A stretch of 18,232 nucleotides of DNA from Candidatus Krumholzibacteriota bacterium (GTDB lineage Bacteria; Krumholzibacteriota; Krumholzibacteriia; LZORAL124-64-63). The stretch spans positions 1 through 18,232 of the forward strand of contig JBDLKA010000075.1 of the NCBI GenBank assembly GCA_039714075.1, given 5' to 3'. Under the pieces are notes generated by a model. The model had not been told where the DNA came from and ran no database searches. It saw only the letters and a program-made list of their open reading frames with translations. Below, piece after piece: positions 15,369 through 18,232 of the stretch; within the stretch, counting starts at the first letter, position 1; every line of letters starts with the position of its first letter. A program made the translations under genes and the position numbers.

Positions 15369-15586
15369 GGGGGCGAGGCGGCTCCCTGAGGCAGCGGAAG
15401 GCATATCAGGCAAAAACATCAAATTCAGGATAAATCCTATCTTAAATCAGGATATTCTCTACCAAAGAAGTTCTATTTATGTTATGGTGTACCAAATGAT
15501 CTTTAATCAGGCCGCTTTATGGCGCTATTAAGCGGTCTGGGTCGAAATATGGGGAATCTCTGGTAATCAAATTGGAGGGGATCAAA

Positions 15587-17353
15587 ATGTTGATTCGCAA
15601 AATCACCCTGTTGACGGTTTTGGCCGTCCTTGTCCTGGCCTCAGGCTGCAGCAATGGACCGGAATTGACAGCACCGGTCGGGAGCGGCAATCAAGGTTCC
15701 GTTGGAAAGAACGGTACCGAGACCTTGGGACCGCCCAGCATTGCCATCGCTTCGGGGACGGGATTTGCCGAAGGCGGCGTGGGCATGGTCGGTATTGATA
15801 CCGGCCGGCTCAGGGTCGAAGTTCCCGCGACCGCCCAGGTCGTGCAGGCCCTGCTGTATTGGGCCGGGGGCTCGACCACGGGCAGTGGCGACGATGAAAT
15901 CAGCCTCGACGGGGTCCTGGTCCAGGGCGAGCTGATCGGTGGCCCGGTGCTGTTTTTCGGCGACTACGAGTTTTTTGCCTACCGGGCCGATATCACGGCC
16001 CTGGGCGCAGTACAAGCCGGCATGAACACCTTTACCGTGTCCGATTTCGATTTCACGGGTACGACCCTGGATGAAAACAACGGCGCCAGCATTCTGGTGA
16101 TCTACGACGACGGGACCGATGCGAACCTCACCCTGCGCGACGGTCTCGATATGGCCTATTTCGGATTCGAACCCACCCTGGACGCCACCGTGCCCCAGGT
16201 GTTCAGCGTTGATCCGGCCAACAGCGCCCGGACGGCCGACCTGGCCCTGGTCGCGGCCAGCGTGGGCGAGAACCGTCCCAGCGTGATCAAGGTCACCACC
16301 AGCGCCGGCGATCAGCTTTTCGAAAACGTGCTCGGCAGCCTGGACGGTCTGACCTGGGATTCCCTGATCCTCGAGGTCGATGTTCCCGCGGGAGCCGATG
16401 AACTTTCCGTCCAGATCATTTCCACCGAATCCACCGACCCGCTGGGGGCGTCGCTGGGTTGGGTGGCGGCGGGTCTGGTCGTGGAGCCCATCCCGGTCGA
16501 GACCTTCACCGTCAGCGGCGTGGTTTTCGAGGATGCCACCTATGACAGCTATTATGACGGTATCGAGTGGGGCATCGGCGGCGTGGTCATGGAATTGAAC
16601 GACGGCAGCGGGACCGTGGCGACCGCCACGACCGATTTCTTCGGCCAGTTCATGATGGAGGCACCCGCCGGCGACTACACGGTGAACCTCAGCCTGACGG
16701 GTTATCCCGACGACTTCAACGCGGACCTGGCTGTCCATTTCGAGGCCACCACGCCGTTGTCCATCGACGTGACGATCGGTCCGGACAGCACGTTCAACAA
16801 CTTCGGGTTCGCACCCCTGGTCGAACAGCTCATTGCGGATGTAACCGGTGACGTCCTGCCCAGCAACGGCTATCCCGCGGATTACTGGACCACTCTGTTC
16901 AGGCGCGCCCTGATCGAGGAACAGTCCGAACGCGAAGCCCTCGGTCACGAAAACGCCAACGGCCAGGGCGGGGGCTGGGGCCATGGTGAAAACTTCTATG
17001 CGGGCGACGACCTGCTGGTGTTTGCCGACCTGATCGAAGGCCTCTATCTGTTCGAACCCTATCAGTTCACCGACGGCCTGGAGTTCCAGGAAATCTACGA
17101 CATCCTGAAAAGCAAACCCCGGACCGACCTGGGCAAGCTGCACCGGGAATTGCTGGTCACGGAGCTGAACTTCGCCGCGGGTCTGGGACTGATCGACGAG
17201 GCGGATATCCTGGGTGTGTTGATCTCCTGGGGTGAATCCCTTATCGCGGAAAACAGCAAGTCGCTGGACAAGGGCCGCAGTGGTGACATCACGTTCGCCC
17301 TGGAATTGTTCGAAGCCATCAACACCGGCGGCGGTGGAGGTGTCGACGAATAG
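15587..17353 (+). CDS. Large acidic surface lipoprotein with an SdrD-B/CnaB-like domain; function unknown
   Basis: Signal peptide MLIRKITLLTVLAVLVLASG-C (lipobox) and GGAGG RBS. VSGVVFED....YD..E.GIGGV.MEL.D..G....TTD..G.F......GDYTV is SdrD-B-like. Confidence 0.75.
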   Translation: MLIRKITLLTVLAVLVLASGCSNGPELTAPVGSGNQGSVGKNGTETLGPPSIAIASGTGFAEGGVGMVGIDTGRLRVEVPATAQVVQALLYWAGGSTTGSGDDEISLDGVLVQGELIGGPVLFFGDYEFFAYRADITALGAVQAGMNTFTVSDFDFTGTTLDENNGASILVIYDDGTDANLTLRDGLDMAYFGFEPTLDATVPQVFSVDPANSARTADLALVAASVGENRPSVIKVTTSAGDQLFENVLGSLDGLTWDSLILEVDVPAGADELSVQIISTESTDPLGASLGWVAAGLVVEPIPVETFTVSGVVFEDATYDSYYDGIEWGIGGVVMELNDGSGTVATATTDFFGQFMMEAPAGDYTVNLSLTGYPDDFNADLAVHFEATTPLSIDVTIGPDSTFNNFGFAPLVEQLIADVTGDVLPSNGYPADYWTTLFRRALIEEQSEREALGHENANGQGGGWGHGENFYAGDDLLVFADLIEGLYLFEPYQFTDGLEFQEIYDILKSKPRTDLGKLHRELLVTELNFAAGLGLIDEADILGVLISWGESLIAENSKSLDKGRSGDITFALELFEAINTGGGGGVDE

Positions 17354-17378
17354 TCTTCGGTTCTGATTCCCTCCTTTG

Positions 17379-17409
17379 AAAAGCCCCGGGCTTCGGCCCG
17401 GGGCTTTTT
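17379..17409. terminator. Intrinsic, potentially bidirectional terminator
   Basis: AAAAGCCCCGGGC-TTCG-GCCCGGGGCTTTTT, 25 nt after the lipoprotein stop. Confidence 0.9.
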
Positions 17410-17434
17410 CTGTTGCCGCCGCGCGGATAATTAT

Positions 17435-17479
17435 TTGACCCGGGAGCTGAAGAGGCTATTTTTGTGCATATGAACAAAA
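17435..17479 (+). promoter_or_regulatory. Promoter (TTGACC-16-TATTTT) with overlapping palindromic operator TTTTGTGCATATGAACAAAA
   Basis: -35 at 17435-17440 and -10 at 17457-17462. A 20-bp palindrome with one mismatched pair at 17460-17479 lies directly before the GGAGG RBS. Confidence 0.6.
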
Positions 17480-17491
17480 CGGAGGTTTCAG

Positions 17492-17794
17492 ATGGGACGA
17501 CCCAGAAAACGACGCTGCTGCCGGGAATTCGAGGGGGACCGGGTTTTCAAGCCCCGCAGCATCCCCATGTCACAGCTCGATGAGGTCCGTCTGGAACTGA
17601 GCGAACTCGAGGCGATGCGCCTTTGCGACCTGGAGCGGTGCGAACAGGAGGAAGCCGGTCGCCGGATGGAAGTTTCCCGGGGCACCGTGTTCCGTCTGGT
17701 GAAAAGCGGCCGCGCGAAAATCCTGGAAGCCATTCTCGAGTCCAAGGCTCTGGTCATCGCGGAAGGACAGGAGGACACCGATGAAGACGAATGA
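17492..17794 (+). CDS. DUF134 family predicted DNA-binding (HTH) protein
   Basis: MGRPRKRR.C......FKP..IP...L.EV.L...ELEA.RL.D....QEEA...M.VSRGT..R...S.R.K...A...K.L.I. Confidence 0.9.
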   Translation: MGRPRKRRCCREFEGDRVFKPRSIPMSQLDEVRLELSELEAMRLCDLERCEQEEAGRRMEVSRGTVFRLVKSGRAKILEAILESKALVIAEGQEDTDEDE

Positions 17795-18232
17795 TTCCTA
17801 CGACGTGATCCTGGTGGGAGGAGGTCCCGCTTCCCGGATCCTCAACAAATACCTGCACAAACTGCGTACCGGCATCCGCACCGTCGTGATCCGGGACGAG
17901 GACCGCATCATCAACCACTGCGGGACGCCCTACATCGTCGAGGGGGAGATTCCCTGGGAAAAGGGCCTGATTCCCGAAAAACTGGTTACCGGTTTCGATA
18001 CCGAGATCCTGGTGGATCCCCTGGTGGGCGGCGACCCCGCCAACAAGGAGATCGAGCTGAAATCGGGACGGCGTCTGCGTTACGGTACCCTGGTCTGCGC
18101 CACGGGCACGGACCAGGTCGTTCCCCCCGTTCCCGGGGCGGACCTCGCCGGCGTGCTGAAGGTTCGCCGCACCGAAGATGTGCAGGCGGCCATGGAGATG
18201 CTGGGGGATGTGAAACGCGCCGTGGTGGTCGG
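17781..18232 (+). CDS. FAD-dependent pyridine nucleotide-disulfide oxidoreductase (CoA-disulfide reductase/NADH oxidase-like); 3' end outside window
   Basis: Not in the ORF track. ATG 17781 (AGGAGG RBS) gives MKTNDSYDVILVGGGPAS...NHCGTPYIV...LVCATGT...PPVPG...KRAVVV, with a single redox Cys motif (CGxPY). Confidence 0.82.
   Translation, partial: MKTNDSYDVILVGGGPASRILNKYLHKLRTGIRTVVIRDEDRIINHCGTPYIVEGEIPWEKGLIPEKLVTGFDTEILVDPLVGGDPANKEIELKSGRRLRYGTLVCATGTDQVVPPVPGADLAGVLKVRRTEDVQAAMEMLGDVKRAVVV

Noticed and set aside
15276..15422. N-terminal extension of gcdH (likewise dch to 4541, Mo subunit to 10356, HNH from 11387, VOC to 12915)
   Set aside because: The extensions cross promoters, terminators or neighbouring genes; downstream starts have an RBS or a stop/start overlap.

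Overview
GC-rich bacterial DNA, mostly an anaerobic aromatic (benzoyl-CoA) degradation cluster on the minus strand in two transcription units. Unit 1 (15275->12943) holds glutaryl-CoA dehydrogenase and ring-opening hydrolase oah/bamA, then a terminator and a VOC gene. Unit 2 (11204->beyond position 1) is tightly coupled: FAD subunit and fused [2Fe-2S]/Mo subunit of a 4-hydroxybenzoyl-CoA-reductase-like enzyme, TetR regulator, SDR, SCP2-type thiolase, DUF35 protein, dch, a ketopantoate-reductase::2-hydroxyacyl-CoA-dehydratase/benzoyl-CoA-reductase-subunit fusion, a BadF/BcrA-type activase, and had (truncated by the window edge). A plus-strand DUF222-like HNH endonuclease gene with its own promoter lies between the two units. 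The right end has a large surface lipoprotein, a DUF134 regulator and the start of a CoA-disulfide-reductase/NADH-oxidase-type flavoprotein. The most striking observation is the fusion protein: its PanE half has intact catalytic motifs, while its dehydratase/reductase half appears to have lost all three [4Fe-4S] cysteines. That suggests a repurposed acyl/aroyl-CoA-binding or scaffold domain coupled to a keto-acid reductase. Family assignments come from recalled motifs, not database searches.
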